From: a virus
Taxonomy: Duplodnaviria > Heunggongvirae > Uroviricota > Caudoviricetes
Length of the DNA stretch: 9,195 bases
IMG/VR virus record: IMGVR_UViG_2698536387_000003
Reading direction: 5' to 3' (one strand)
The stretch's first letter is position 1. Each line of letters starts with the position of its first letter. The notes beneath the pieces were generated by a model that was not told where the DNA came from, searched no databases, and worked only from the letters and a program-made list of their open reading frames with translations. The translations under genes were made by a program, and so were the position numbers. Positions 1-6,570 of the stretch are shown here, piece after piece.

Positions 1-89
1 GGGTTTGCATAGGCGTCACCCTGACCGTTGTAAACCCACAGAGTGGTACCGGCACCTTTTACCGGCTCAAGGGGATTTGGTGTTGCCAT
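1..89 (-). CDS. V: Major tail protein, lambda gpV homolog; N-terminal ~29 codons only, gene continues past the window start
   Basis: Reverse complement from the ATG at 89..87 translates [30 protein letters not shown], closely matching the recalled lambda gpV N-terminus ([30 protein letters not shown]). A GAGGA Shine-Dalgarno lies about 5 nt upstream. Position directly after the U homolog matches lambda gene order. Not in the ORF track because it has no stop in the window. Confidence 0.8.
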   Translation of the reverse strand, partial: MATPNPLEPVKGAGTTLWVYNGQGDAYAN

Positions 90-96
90 ATCGTCC

Positions 97-492
97 TCAC
101 ATCTCGTATGTAATGGAATAAGTCAGATCTGCAGAACTCCATAACGCCATATCGTCATCACGACGATACTCATAGCCCTGCGTAACCATCGTGGTAATCA
201 GTCCTGCCAGTGCCGGGATCGCGGTCATCGCCGGGTAAATCCGGCTTTCCATCCACTGATCAAGCTCTGAATCCGGTACCTGTGCCGGTAAAAACACCTC
301 AATATGCAGCGTGGCCCGCCAGGTATCTGCATCCAGCTCTTCACCGGTATACTCTGCATCCGTCAGATAAACCGCGATCGCAGGAAAATCCTCTTCGTCA
401 AAAACAACGGGGCGACCATCAAACAGCGTCGCCCCGTGTTCATGCTGCTCGAGTGCATCCAGCACTGCGGCACGAATGTCAGTGTGTTTCAT
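97..492 (-). CDS. U: Tail terminator (tail tube completion) protein, lambda gpU homolog
   Basis: 131-aa [31 protein letters not shown]...[10 protein letters not shown] aligns along its full length with recalled lambda gpU ([28 protein letters not shown]...DLTYVITYEM). Its ATG overlaps the Z stop in an ATGA arrangement at 489..492. Confidence 0.92.
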   Translation of the reverse strand: MKHTDIRAAVLDALEQHEHGATLFDGRPVVFDEEDFPAIAVYLTDAEYTGEELDADTWRATLHIEVFLPAQVPDSELDQWMESRIYPAMTAIPALAGLITTMVTQGYEYRRDDDMALWSSADLTYSITYEM

Positions 493-1022
493 CGTTTTAT
501 TGCAATCCTCAGTTGTTGTTTCAGCGCGGATGCCAGTTCTTTAGGCAGGCGTTCACGCCGGATACGGTCAACATTCTCATCAAATGCCTGTTTCAGTGGG
601 GCCGCCATCGGGATTTTCACCACATCAATGGGGTAACGGTTTTTCCCGGCCACACGCTGCATGACATGCCAGCGACCATTTTTTAATCGCTGAATAAATG
701 CCCGCTGATACCGATGCTGACCGGCTTTAAGTATGCTGTCCGGACGACGCCCCGGCATCCTGATCCCCAGCTTAATCACAGGGAGATCACCGCGGTTAAC
801 GATAATTCTGGCATTCGGATTTCTGACCGTGGCCCGTTTCAGTCTGGACCGTTCCTTTACCAGTTTCCGGCTCACCCTGGTCTCCCGGGCAACCTGTGAT
901 GAAGACTGATTAATCGCCGTTGTGGCCACGCGGTTAATGGTCATTGCAGAAGCCGCCGGAATGGCGTTTTTACGAACCCGACTCAGATTATCAATCGCCT
1001 GCTCAAGCCCTTTTATCGCCAT
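489..1022 (-). CDS. Z: Tail completion protein, lambda gpZ homolog
   Basis: 177-aa ORF begins MAIKGLEQAIDNLSR and ends FIQRLKNGRWHVMQRVAGKNRYPIDVVKIPMAAPL...[25 protein letters not shown], matching recalled lambda gpZ at both termini. Follows FII as in lambda. Confidence 0.9.
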   Translation of the reverse strand: MAIKGLEQAIDNLSRVRKNAIPAASAMTINRVATTAINQSSSQVARETRVSRKLVKERSRLKRATVRNPNARIIVNRGDLPVIKLGIRMPGRRPDSILKAGQHRYQRAFIQRLKNGRWHVMQRVAGKNRYPIDVVKIPMAAPLKQAFDENVDRIRRERLPKELASALKQQLRIAIKR

Positions 1023-1037
1023 AATTTCACCCTGCGT

Positions 1038-1391
1038 TTATCGTCGCCGGTTAACGGCGGGTGGTTGCCCACGGTTGAGCCAGAGATAACAGCTGCCCCC
1101 GTCATCCGGAGAAACACGATCCACCCAGAACGTCTCACCATTAATGGTCAGCGTGTCACCACGCCGCACAGCACGAACCGTATCCGTCCGTACAAATAAT
1201 GACGGGCTGCTTCCTTCAATACGGACCCCGCTACCGGCAAATCCCAGCGACTCCGGATCGTCAAAAACCCCCTGAACTTCTCCGCCACACTGTGCCCCCG
1301 AGGTGAACTGTGCACAGAGCCCCATCACTTCAACAATCGTACTGTCCACCCCGGCAAGGGCAGCATCAAAGGCATTCTGAAAATCACGCAT
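1038..1391 (-). CDS. FII: Head-tail connector protein, lambda gpFII homolog
   Basis: The ORF track gives 1038..1427 (129 aa). Homology to lambda gpFII (MADFDNLFDAAIARADETIRGYMG...GDTLTI...FWVDRVSPDDGGSCHLWLGRGVPPAVNRRR) begins at the internal MRDFQNAFDAALAG, so the start is placed at the ATG at 1391..1389, giving a 117-aa product. That ATG overlaps the FI stop (ATGCGTGA), consistent with translational coupling. The alternative starts at 1427 or 1409 cannot be excluded from sequence alone. Confidence 0.85.
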   Translation of the reverse strand: MRDFQNAFDAALAGVDSTIVEVMGLCAQFTSGAQCGGEVQGVFDDPESLGFAGSGVRIEGSSPSLFVRTDTVRAVRRGDTLTINGETFWVDRVSPDDGGSCYLWLNRGQPPAVNRRR

Positions 1392-1758
1392 AAACAGCCA
1401 TTCCGCCATCAACGTGTGTTTTTGCATCTGAGGACATAATCAGAATCACCCGACCAACATCCGCAAGCTCAACGGATTCCCCTGTTTCACCATCAATGCC
1501 ACAGAGATGGAGGCAGGTCAGAACTCTGATGCGCGTTAACGCACCGGATGTATCCTCACGAACATCATGAGCCGCGGTTTCCCGCTCCCGGATCACCGTA
1601 TCCCCAACCTGAACATCCTCGCCGGATGACTGTATTTCCTCTTCCCATTCCGCCACCCGCTGCGCTATCTCTGCGGCACTCCCGGATATATCCGGCTCAC
1701 GCCCCAGAATCAGGGCCAGTTCATCAAGCCGTTTCAGATTTTGCTCTTTCGTTGCCAT
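1384..1758 (-). CDS. FI: DNA-packaging protein, lambda gpFI homolog
   Basis: The ORF track gives 1384..1806 (140 aa), but the first 16 codons would run through the E-FI intergenic hairpin. The internal ATG at 1758..1756 (MATKEQNLKRLDELALILG...) is preceded by an AGGGGG Shine-Dalgarno 6 nt upstream. The product is acidic with a C-terminal domain, similar in size and character to lambda gpFI, and sits between E and FII. Confidence 0.8.
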   Translation of the reverse strand: MATKEQNLKRLDELALILGREPDISGSAAEIAQRVAEWEEEIQSSGEDVQVGDTVIRERETAAHDVREDTSGALTRIRVLTCLHLCGIDGETGESVELADVGRVILIMSSDAKTHVDGGMAVYA

Positions 1759-1770
1759 ATCAGCCCCCTG

Positions 1771-1801
1771 TGAAAAAAGACACGGGGGCATTTCGCCCCC
1801 G
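1771..1801 (-). terminator. Intrinsic-terminator-like hairpin between E and FI (7-bp all-GC stem CGGGGGC/GCCCCCG, 5-nt loop, then UGUC and a U6 run on the transcript)
   Basis: Plus-strand 1783..1789 cgggggc and 1795..1801 gcccccg are perfect reverse complements, separated by atttc. On the minus-strand transcript the stem is followed by UGUCUUUUUU (plus-strand A-run at 1773..1778). It lies in the 51-bp gap between the E stop (1810..1812) and the FI start (1758). Confidence 0.55.
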
Positions 1802-1809
1802 CTCACGGA

Positions 1810-2838
1810 TTATTTCACCTGTACCACCACAAACTCATCCGGGTCCGGCAACACCATCAGCGGCGCGGACTGCGTCATGGTAAATTCACGGGCGGGATCC
1901 CCCACCGTCAGCCAGTGTTTCGGATAACGGGAAGAGGCCACCACACCTTCGGACAACGCCTGAGCATCCTGAATGGCACCGTAACAACGGATCCCATCTG
2001 CAGCAGTATTCCCCAGAACCAGCGTGCCCTCCGGCAGATAACGTTTTTCGATACCGTCTTCTGCTATATAAGACGTTTTCGCCACCACAATGGCCAGATC
2101 GCCGTAATACCCCTTGAAGGACACCACTGCGCCCAGATCTTTCACTGCCGTTTCGAGTTGAGAATTTGAACCGCGACGGGTATCCAGTTTTTCGCGGAAC
2201 AGCTTAAAACCATTCAGAAGACGCCAGACGGTACCGTCCATAATGGCAATATTCACAAGACCGCTGGCCTGGTCGCAGTAGAGGTCAAGATCATGTGTAG
2301 GATCGAACGTGTCACGATCCTGTTTTGACCACTCCTTACCACTACCCTGAGTGATGTTATTCTTCGTCGACCTGCCAAAATCGACCTCAATTTTCTCGAA
2401 CTGGTCTCCTTCCATCGTATATTTGCCATACAACACAGCATTTACCGCCTGCATTTCTTCCACCTGGACAATCGCGTGCTCTTCCTGTTTGAGGTTATCG
2501 GTAATGATACGCAGACGGCGGTAAGCCGGATCGTTCAGTTGAGCCGGATCTTCACCAGGAAGGCGCTCAACCGCCTGCTGGTAATTAAATTCGTGTTTCG
2601 GCTTGACGTAGCCCGGACGTAACACGCGGGTTTCACCACCACGATGACGCAGCACTTTTCCTTCAACAACCGGGGAGATATAGGCCGCCACCGGCGTTTT
2701 TCCGGTAATTTTGTCCAGCATCACCTCTTCGGTATGGAAATTCACCGTACGGCGGAAAAACAGCTCCAGAAACAGCGCACGAAATTTCACTTTTTGTTCG
2801 GTATAACCGAGTAACTGGCGGGTCGTAAACAATCCCAT
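1810..2838 (-). CDS. E: Major capsid protein, lambda gpE homolog
   Basis: 342-aa ORF aligns end to end with recalled lambda gpE (341 aa), including long conserved runs such as PGYVKPKHE, DPAYRR, AIVQVEEMQAV, KLDTRRGSNS, LETAVKDLG, GDPAREFTM and QSAPLM. Confidence 0.95.
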   Translation of the reverse strand: MGLFTTRQLLGYTEQKVKFRALFLELFFRRTVNFHTEEVMLDKITGKTPVAAYISPVVEGKVLRHRGGETRVLRPGYVKPKHEFNYQQAVERLPGEDPAQLNDPAYRRLRIITDNLKQEEHAIVQVEEMQAVNAVLYGKYTMEGDQFEKIEVDFGRSTKNNITQGSGKEWSKQDRDTFDPTHDLDLYCDQASGLVNIAIMDGTVWRLLNGFKLFREKLDTRRGSNSQLETAVKDLGAVVSFKGYYGDLAIVVAKTSYIAEDGIEKRYLPEGTLVLGNTAADGIRCYGAIQDAQALSEGVVASSRYPKHWLTVGDPAREFTMTQSAPLMVLPDPDEFVVVQVK

Positions 2839-2867
2839 AAATCAGTTCCTTTCATTCAGAAATCAGT

Positions 2868-2887
2868 CAGGCCACCGCGGTGGCCTG
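2868..2887. repeat. Perfect 20-bp palindrome CAGGCCACCGCGGTGGCCTG in the D-E intergenic spacer
   Basis: Read directly from the sequence at 2868..2887. It lies between the D stop (2896..2898) and the E start (2838). It could form a hairpin of up to 10 bp around the CGCG centre (no unpaired loop in the ideal palindrome, so the real stem would be about 8 bp). No U-tract follows it on the transcript. Confidence 0.6.
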
Positions 2888-2895
2888 ATAACGTG

Positions 2896-3243
2896 TTACG
2901 GCAGCGCCGCGTGACTCAGGGCACTGCCGGCAAAGGCATTTGCCTTTTTGTGTTCATCCACACTTTCAGGCCAGCGGATTGCCTCCGTCGCAAAGGTCCC
3001 CGACTTGTAATAGGTCAGTACCGTCTCTGTGCCTTCAAGCGGCAGTACCAGTATGCCAACTGCACTACCGGCTTTCTGTCCGTCCCAGACCACCAGTTTC
3101 CCGGTAGCTTCATCCAGCATCAGGGGCGTCAGTGCCGGTGTTGCCGAGGAAATCCCGCTGCTGCCTGTGGCGGTATGAGCCGGATCATTACCGGCAAAAA
3201 TACGTACTTCCGCACGCTGTTCAGTGATGTTTTTCGTTACCAT
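2896..3243 (-). CDS. D: Head decoration protein, lambda gpD homolog
   Basis: 115-aa ORF contains DPAHTAT, TPLMLD, KLVVWDG, AVGIL, YKSGTF and AFAG in the same order as recalled lambda gpD (110 aa). An AGGAGG Shine-Dalgarno lies about 10 nt upstream of the ATG at 3243. Confidence 0.92.
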   Translation of the reverse strand: MVTKNITEQRAEVRIFAGNDPAHTATGSSGISSATPALTPLMLDEATGKLVVWDGQKAGSAVGILVLPLEGTETVLTYYKSGTFATEAIRWPESVDEHKKANAFAGSALSHAALP

Positions 3244-3279
3244 ATTGTAAAAACCTCCTGTTGATGGTCAGCACTGACT

Positions 3280-3882
3280 TCATGGCATGGCCATGAGCAT
3301 TTTCACGTCCGCATCACCGTCTGCTGACGTCTGTGGCACGCCACCCTGTACCGCAGCCGGTGAATGGTTCGCCATGATGCGTTCAAACAGGGCGGTTGTG
3401 GATGCAGAGACCGGTTCTGCCTTACCTGATCCCGCAGCCAGCACAGCCCGGGCGCTCTCCACAGTCATTCCCGGGCAGGCAGCCAGCTGTTCAGCCTGCG
3501 CCTCAGCCCCTTTTGCCTCATCCAGTGCCATGATCTGATCACGGAGTGAGGGTCCGGCATCCGCCTGCGGTGAAGCAGCCAGGATCGGGCGGGCTTTTTC
3601 CACCGTCATCTCCGGCATCGCCGCCAGCGTTGCCGCCAGTTGTTCACGACCGTTCGCTTCTTCACACGCCATAATGCGATCGGCTTCACTCTGCGTGGAT
3701 GCCACCGGCTGCTGCGGTGCCGCCGCAGCCAGAATCGCCCGGGCCTGTTCAACGCTCATGCCCTGTTGTCCTGCCAGCATCGTGGCAAGCTGTTCACGTC
3801 CTTTCGCTTCCTGGCATGTCAGGATCCCCATCACTCGCTGGTTCTCCTGCGCGGCGGCTTCCGTTGCAGTTAATTGCGGCAT
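3280..3882 (-). CDS. Nu3: Capsid scaffolding protein, lambda gpNu3 homolog; nested in frame within the 3' part of C
   Basis: The in-frame internal ATG at 3882..3880 is preceded by a strong GAGGAGG Shine-Dalgarno inside the C coding sequence. The resulting 200-aa product (MPQLTATEAAAQENQRVMGILTCQEAKGREQ...) parallels the lambda arrangement, where Nu3 is the in-frame C-terminal part of C and contains a RIMGILNCEEAHGRE-type motif. Confidence 0.7.
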   Translation of the reverse strand: MPQLTATEAAAQENQRVMGILTCQEAKGREQLATMLAGQQGMSVEQARAILAAAAPQQPVASTQSEADRIMACEEANGREQLAATLAAMPEMTVEKARPILAASPQADAGPSLRDQIMALDEAKGAEAQAEQLAACPGMTVESARAVLAAGSGKAEPVSASTTALFERIMANHSPAAVQGGVPQTSADGDADVKMLMAMP

Positions 3883-4785
3883 AGTGCCTCCTCTGACATT
3901 ACTGTTCAGCGCCGTGGCCATCACACTGATGGCATCCGACGCATTGACTAATTCATCCGCCAGCCCGGCATCAATGCCGGACTGACCTTCAAAAACGGCG
4001 GCCTCTGTTCCCGTGACGGCATCAACAGACAGACCGGTAAACATCGCCACTTTTTCGGCAAACATCCGGCGCGCCGCATCAATGCGCTGCTGCATGTCCT
4101 GGCGAACCTCTGCCGGTAAGGCTTCAAACTGATTGCCATCCACCTTGTGCGCCCCTGAGTAAATCAGCGTGATATCCACACCGGCCTGCGCCAGATGACC
4201 GGCATAGCTGACATGGCTCATCATCACGCCAATGGAGCCGATACGGGATGTCTGGGTAACCAGCCGTCGGGAGCAGGCCGACGCCAGCAGCATGGCTGCA
4301 GAACAGGCCGTGTCATTGCACAGTGCCCAGACCGGCTTCTGCTGACGGAGGCGGTAAATCATGTCAGCGCAGTCAAACGCGCCGGCGGCCTGCCCGCCCG
4401 GACTGTCAATGTCCAGCAGTACGCCCCGCACCTGGCTATCCGCCATTGCCTGCTGAAGACAGGCGACAATGCCGTCATAGCCTGTCATTCCGGAAAATGG
4501 CCGCATACCCCCCAGCCGGTGCACCAGCGTGCCGGTCACCGGCAGTACAGCAATACCGTTCACCACCCGGTAAACACGGGCCGGTCGTTTACCTCCGGCC
4601 ATGTACTCGTCCGTTTCAGCCAGCATTCCGGGAGCATCAAGCTGTACCTGCTGCTGTGGTACCGAAAGACTTGCTGCCCCCATCTCGCGCCCGAGCGCGC
4701 AAAAGAAAACCCGCGCATAGGCGGGCTCCAGAAGCAGCGGTTCATTGAATGCTGCGGCAATAATGTGTGAAAGATTACGTCTCAC
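3280..4785 (-). CDS. C: Prohead protease / minor capsid protein, lambda gpC homolog (S49 SppA-like serine peptidase) with a C-terminal scaffold region
   Basis: 501-aa ORF. The N-terminus (RNLSHIIAAAFNEPLLLEPAYARVFFCAL) matches recalled lambda gpC (RNLPHIASMAFNEPLMLEPAYARVFFCAL). It carries the S49-type DSPGG motif and a conserved serine context (CNDTACSAAMLLASA versus lambda ANDMNCSAGQLLASAA). The product is longer than the 439 aa I recall for lambda gpC because of repeat expansion in the C-terminal part. Confidence 0.9.
   Translation of the reverse strand: MRRNLSHIIAAAFNEPLLLEPAYARVFFCALGREMGAASLSVPQQQVQLDAPGMLAETDEYMAGGKRPARVYRVVNGIAVLPVTGTLVHRLGGMRPFSGMTGYDGIVACLQQAMADSQVRGVLLDIDSPGGQAAGAFDCADMIYRLRQQKPVWALCNDTACSAAMLLASACSRRLVTQTSRIGSIGVMMSHVSYAGHLAQAGVDITLIYSGAHKVDGNQFEALPAEVRQDMQQRIDAARRMFAEKVAMFTGLSVDAVTGTEAAVFEGQSGIDAGLADELVNASDAISVMATALNSNVRGGTMPQLTATEAAAQENQRVMGILTCQEAKGREQLATMLAGQQGMSVEQARAILAAAAPQQPVASTQSEADRIMACEEANGREQLAATLAAMPEMTVEKARPILAASPQADAGPSLRDQIMALDEAKGAEAQAEQLAACPGMTVESARAVLAAGSGKAEPVSASTTALFERIMANHSPAAVQGGVPQTSADGDADVKMLMAMP
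3349..3837 (-). repeat. Diverged in-frame tandem repeats (period about 140-160 nt, 3 full copies plus one partial) encoding the scaffold motif R-[VI]-M-x-[IL]-x-x-[EQ]-E-A-x-G-R-E-Q-L-A...G-M-[ST]-V-E-x-A-R-x-[IV]-L-A-A
   Basis: Protein copies: RVMGILTCQEAKGREQLATMLAGQQGMSVEQARAILAAAAPQQ, RIMACEEANGREQLAATLAAMPEMTVEKARPILAASPQ, QIMALDEAKGAEAQAEQLAACPGMTVESARAVLAAGSG, and a partial ERIMANHSPAA. The repetition is also visible at nucleotide level (recurring gccataat/gccatgat, tgttcacg and ccagaatcgcccgggc segments). Confidence 0.75.
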
Positions 4786-6367
4786 GGGGTGTTGTCTCCT
4801 CTTCCGGCCTGCGACTCTCCGCTATCTGCTGCTGATACGCCTGCGCTATCCACACCGGACGTGAGAGTCCGGCTTTTTGCCGCTCTGCAGATTCCCTGAC
4901 CTGCTGGCGGAAAATGTCCTGATAATCCTCGCCCATCAGCGCCAGCTCTTTCTCATACGTGCTCAGTCCGGCCTCAATGCGCATCACCGATTCCTGAACC
5001 TCCTTGAGCCCGTCAATGGCCATTCTTCCGGCTCCAATCCACTCTGCCCGTGACCAGGCTGATCGCGCCTGATAAAAATCAAAACGTGCCCGTGGCGGAC
5101 GAATAATCCCCCGAAGAAGTGCCTCTTCCAGCCAGCAGGAAAACATCTGCGTGGCCAGCCGGGCCGCAATAAATTTTCGCCGCCCCATAAAATAGCGCCA
5201 CGACTCATTGGCGGAGGCGCGGGCACTTGAGTAACTGACCTTCGAGTAATCACGGGACAACTGTTCGTAGGAAACGCCAAGACCGGCGGCGATATACCGC
5301 AGCAACGCCTGTTCAAGCGCAGAAAATCCATTGTCTGAATCCTGCGCAGTCTGTAGTTTCAGATCATCACCAGGGAAAAGGTGCGGAATTTTGACACCGC
5401 CCAGTGTCACGTTATTCGTGTCATACCAGCTGGAGAACTTCTCCAGAATATTAATAAGCGGATTATCTTTCTGCTCCTGTGGCGCGCCGGCGATATATTC
5501 AAAGGCCTTTTCGGTATCAAGTTCACTTTCAATCGTCGCTGCATACATCGCCTTCACTATGGCCGACTGAAGCTGTGTTGCCTGCAGGGAATCGAGCATC
5601 TTCAGCCGTTCCATGACGCTGTAAAACTGGTTGGCCCCACGGGTCTGCCCGTCCTCCACCGGCTCGAAAATATGCAGCATGGCCGGACGCCCGGTGGGAA
5701 GTTCACGCGGGATCCGTTCCCATCGTCCACTCCCGGAGAACGGAAAATCATCCTCACAGATATGGTACGCAACGGCACGGCCATATCGATCGACCTCCAC
5801 CCCGGCCCGCAGAAAACGGTTCCCCATACCGTGTCCTGGCGTGTCCACCCGTTTCGGACTCACGGCTTTAAAACGCGTACGGAATAACTGCGTGGTTTCC
5901 GTATCCCAGACCGGCTGCACAAAGATTTCGCCGTTAAACGCATGAACGCCCACACCTTCACGGATAAATTCCGTGAACGTGCGTTTTCCTTCCACGTCGA
6001 TCTCGCCAGACATCCCTTCGGCGTATTCCGACCAGGCCGCCTCCACCTCATCGACAAAGCTTTTTGCTGCGGTCTCCCGCATCCCCAGCCAGCGCCAGTT
6101 CGGACGGTAGCTGATCAGAAACATATGCCCGACAATGTGATCCTTATGCAGAGCCACCGCATTAGCCGCTATTCCGTTATTGCGCACCAGATCATCTGCC
6201 CGGGCATTCCCCAGACGCAACGCGGGCAGCAGGGCCGCATCGGCACTCTGCGCCGGTGGCAACCACTCAGCCATTTGCCCGCCAAATCCTGCACCGCCCC
6301 CGTTGTAGCTGAGACTCTCACGAAGCGGAACGCCGTTCACATCAATCAGGACAGGCGTTCGTTTCAT
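4775..6367 (-). CDS. B: Portal protein, lambda gpB homolog
   Basis: 530-aa ORF aligns throughout with recalled lambda gpB, for example GNARADDLVRNNG, FEPVEDGQTRGAN, QLQSAIVKAMYAATIESELDT, LRYIAAGLGVSYEQLSR, ARASANESW, GRMAIDGLKEVQE and EAGLSTYEKE. Its ATG overlaps the W stop (ATGA at 6364..6367). Confidence 0.95.
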   Translation of the reverse strand: MKRTPVLIDVNGVPLRESLSYNGGGAGFGGQMAEWLPPAQSADAALLPALRLGNARADDLVRNNGIAANAVALHKDHIVGHMFLISYRPNWRWLGMRETAAKSFVDEVEAAWSEYAEGMSGEIDVEGKRTFTEFIREGVGVHAFNGEIFVQPVWDTETTQLFRTRFKAVSPKRVDTPGHGMGNRFLRAGVEVDRYGRAVAYHICEDDFPFSGSGRWERIPRELPTGRPAMLHIFEPVEDGQTRGANQFYSVMERLKMLDSLQATQLQSAIVKAMYAATIESELDTEKAFEYIAGAPQEQKDNPLINILEKFSSWYDTNNVTLGGVKIPHLFPGDDLKLQTAQDSDNGFSALEQALLRYIAAGLGVSYEQLSRDYSKVSYSSARASANESWRYFMGRRKFIAARLATQMFSCWLEEALLRGIIRPPRARFDFYQARSAWSRAEWIGAGRMAIDGLKEVQESVMRIEAGLSTYEKELALMGEDYQDIFRQQVRESAERQKAGLSRPVWIAQAYQQQIAESRRPEEETTPRET

Positions 6368-6570
6368 AACCTCACTCCCAGCGGACGACGGCGACGCCGG
6401 GTTGTCCCCAGTACCGACTCCGCATCATTGATCGCCCGGTTAAGCTCATCCAGAGAAGCCGCCGTATATTCAATTCTGCGACCATCTTTCTGGACAGACA
6501 CCACCCGTTTACCGGTTAATAAATCAAGGCGCGCCTGACGCAGCGCCTGCAGTTCAGCGACTGTAACCAT
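6364..6570 (-). CDS. W: Head-tail joining (head completion) protein, lambda gpW homolog
   Basis: 68-aa ORF MVTVAELQALRQARLDLLTGKRVVSVQKDGRRIEYTAAS... matches recalled lambda gpW (68 aa; ...[26 protein letters not shown]...). Its start overlaps the 3' end of A by 17 nt. Confidence 0.9.
   Translation of the reverse strand: MVTVAELQALRQARLDLLTGKRVVSVQKDGRRIEYTAASLDELNRAINDAESVLGTTRRRRRPLGVRL

Noticed and set aside
210-686. Plus-strand ORFs of 110-158 aa (210..686, 304..636) overlapping U and Z
   Set aside because: They are antisense to minus-strand genes that have full-length lambda matches, and their translations are low-complexity Arg/Pro-rich with no recognisable motifs.
1392-1427. Longer N-terminal extension of FII (start at 1427 or 1409)
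   Set aside because: Homology to lambda gpFII begins at the ATG at 1391, which gives the lambda-like length of 117 aa and a coupled overlap with the FI stop. Kept as a lower-probability alternative.
1759-1806. Longer N-terminal extension of FI (start at 1806)
   Set aside because: The extra 16 codons would pass through the E-FI hairpin and U-run, whereas the ATG at 1758 has a good Shine-Dalgarno (AGGGGG).
4195-4770. Plus-strand ORFs of 141-191 aa (4195..4770, 4323..4748) opposite the C gene
   Set aside because: Antisense to the well-supported protease gene; Arg/Pro/Ala-rich translations typical of out-of-frame reads of GC-rich coding DNA.
4984-5331. Minus-strand 115-aa ORF in an alternative frame inside the portal gene, and similar nested ORFs (3948..4139, 5602..5784, 6604..6873, 7735..7980)
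   Set aside because: Each is embedded out of frame within a strongly supported gene and shows no independent start signal or conserved motif.
5942-6538. Plus-strand 198-aa ORF opposite the portal gene, and other plus-strand ORFs within 5331..5945
   Set aside because: Antisense to the portal gene, which matches lambda gpB end to end; no start signals or recognisable domains.
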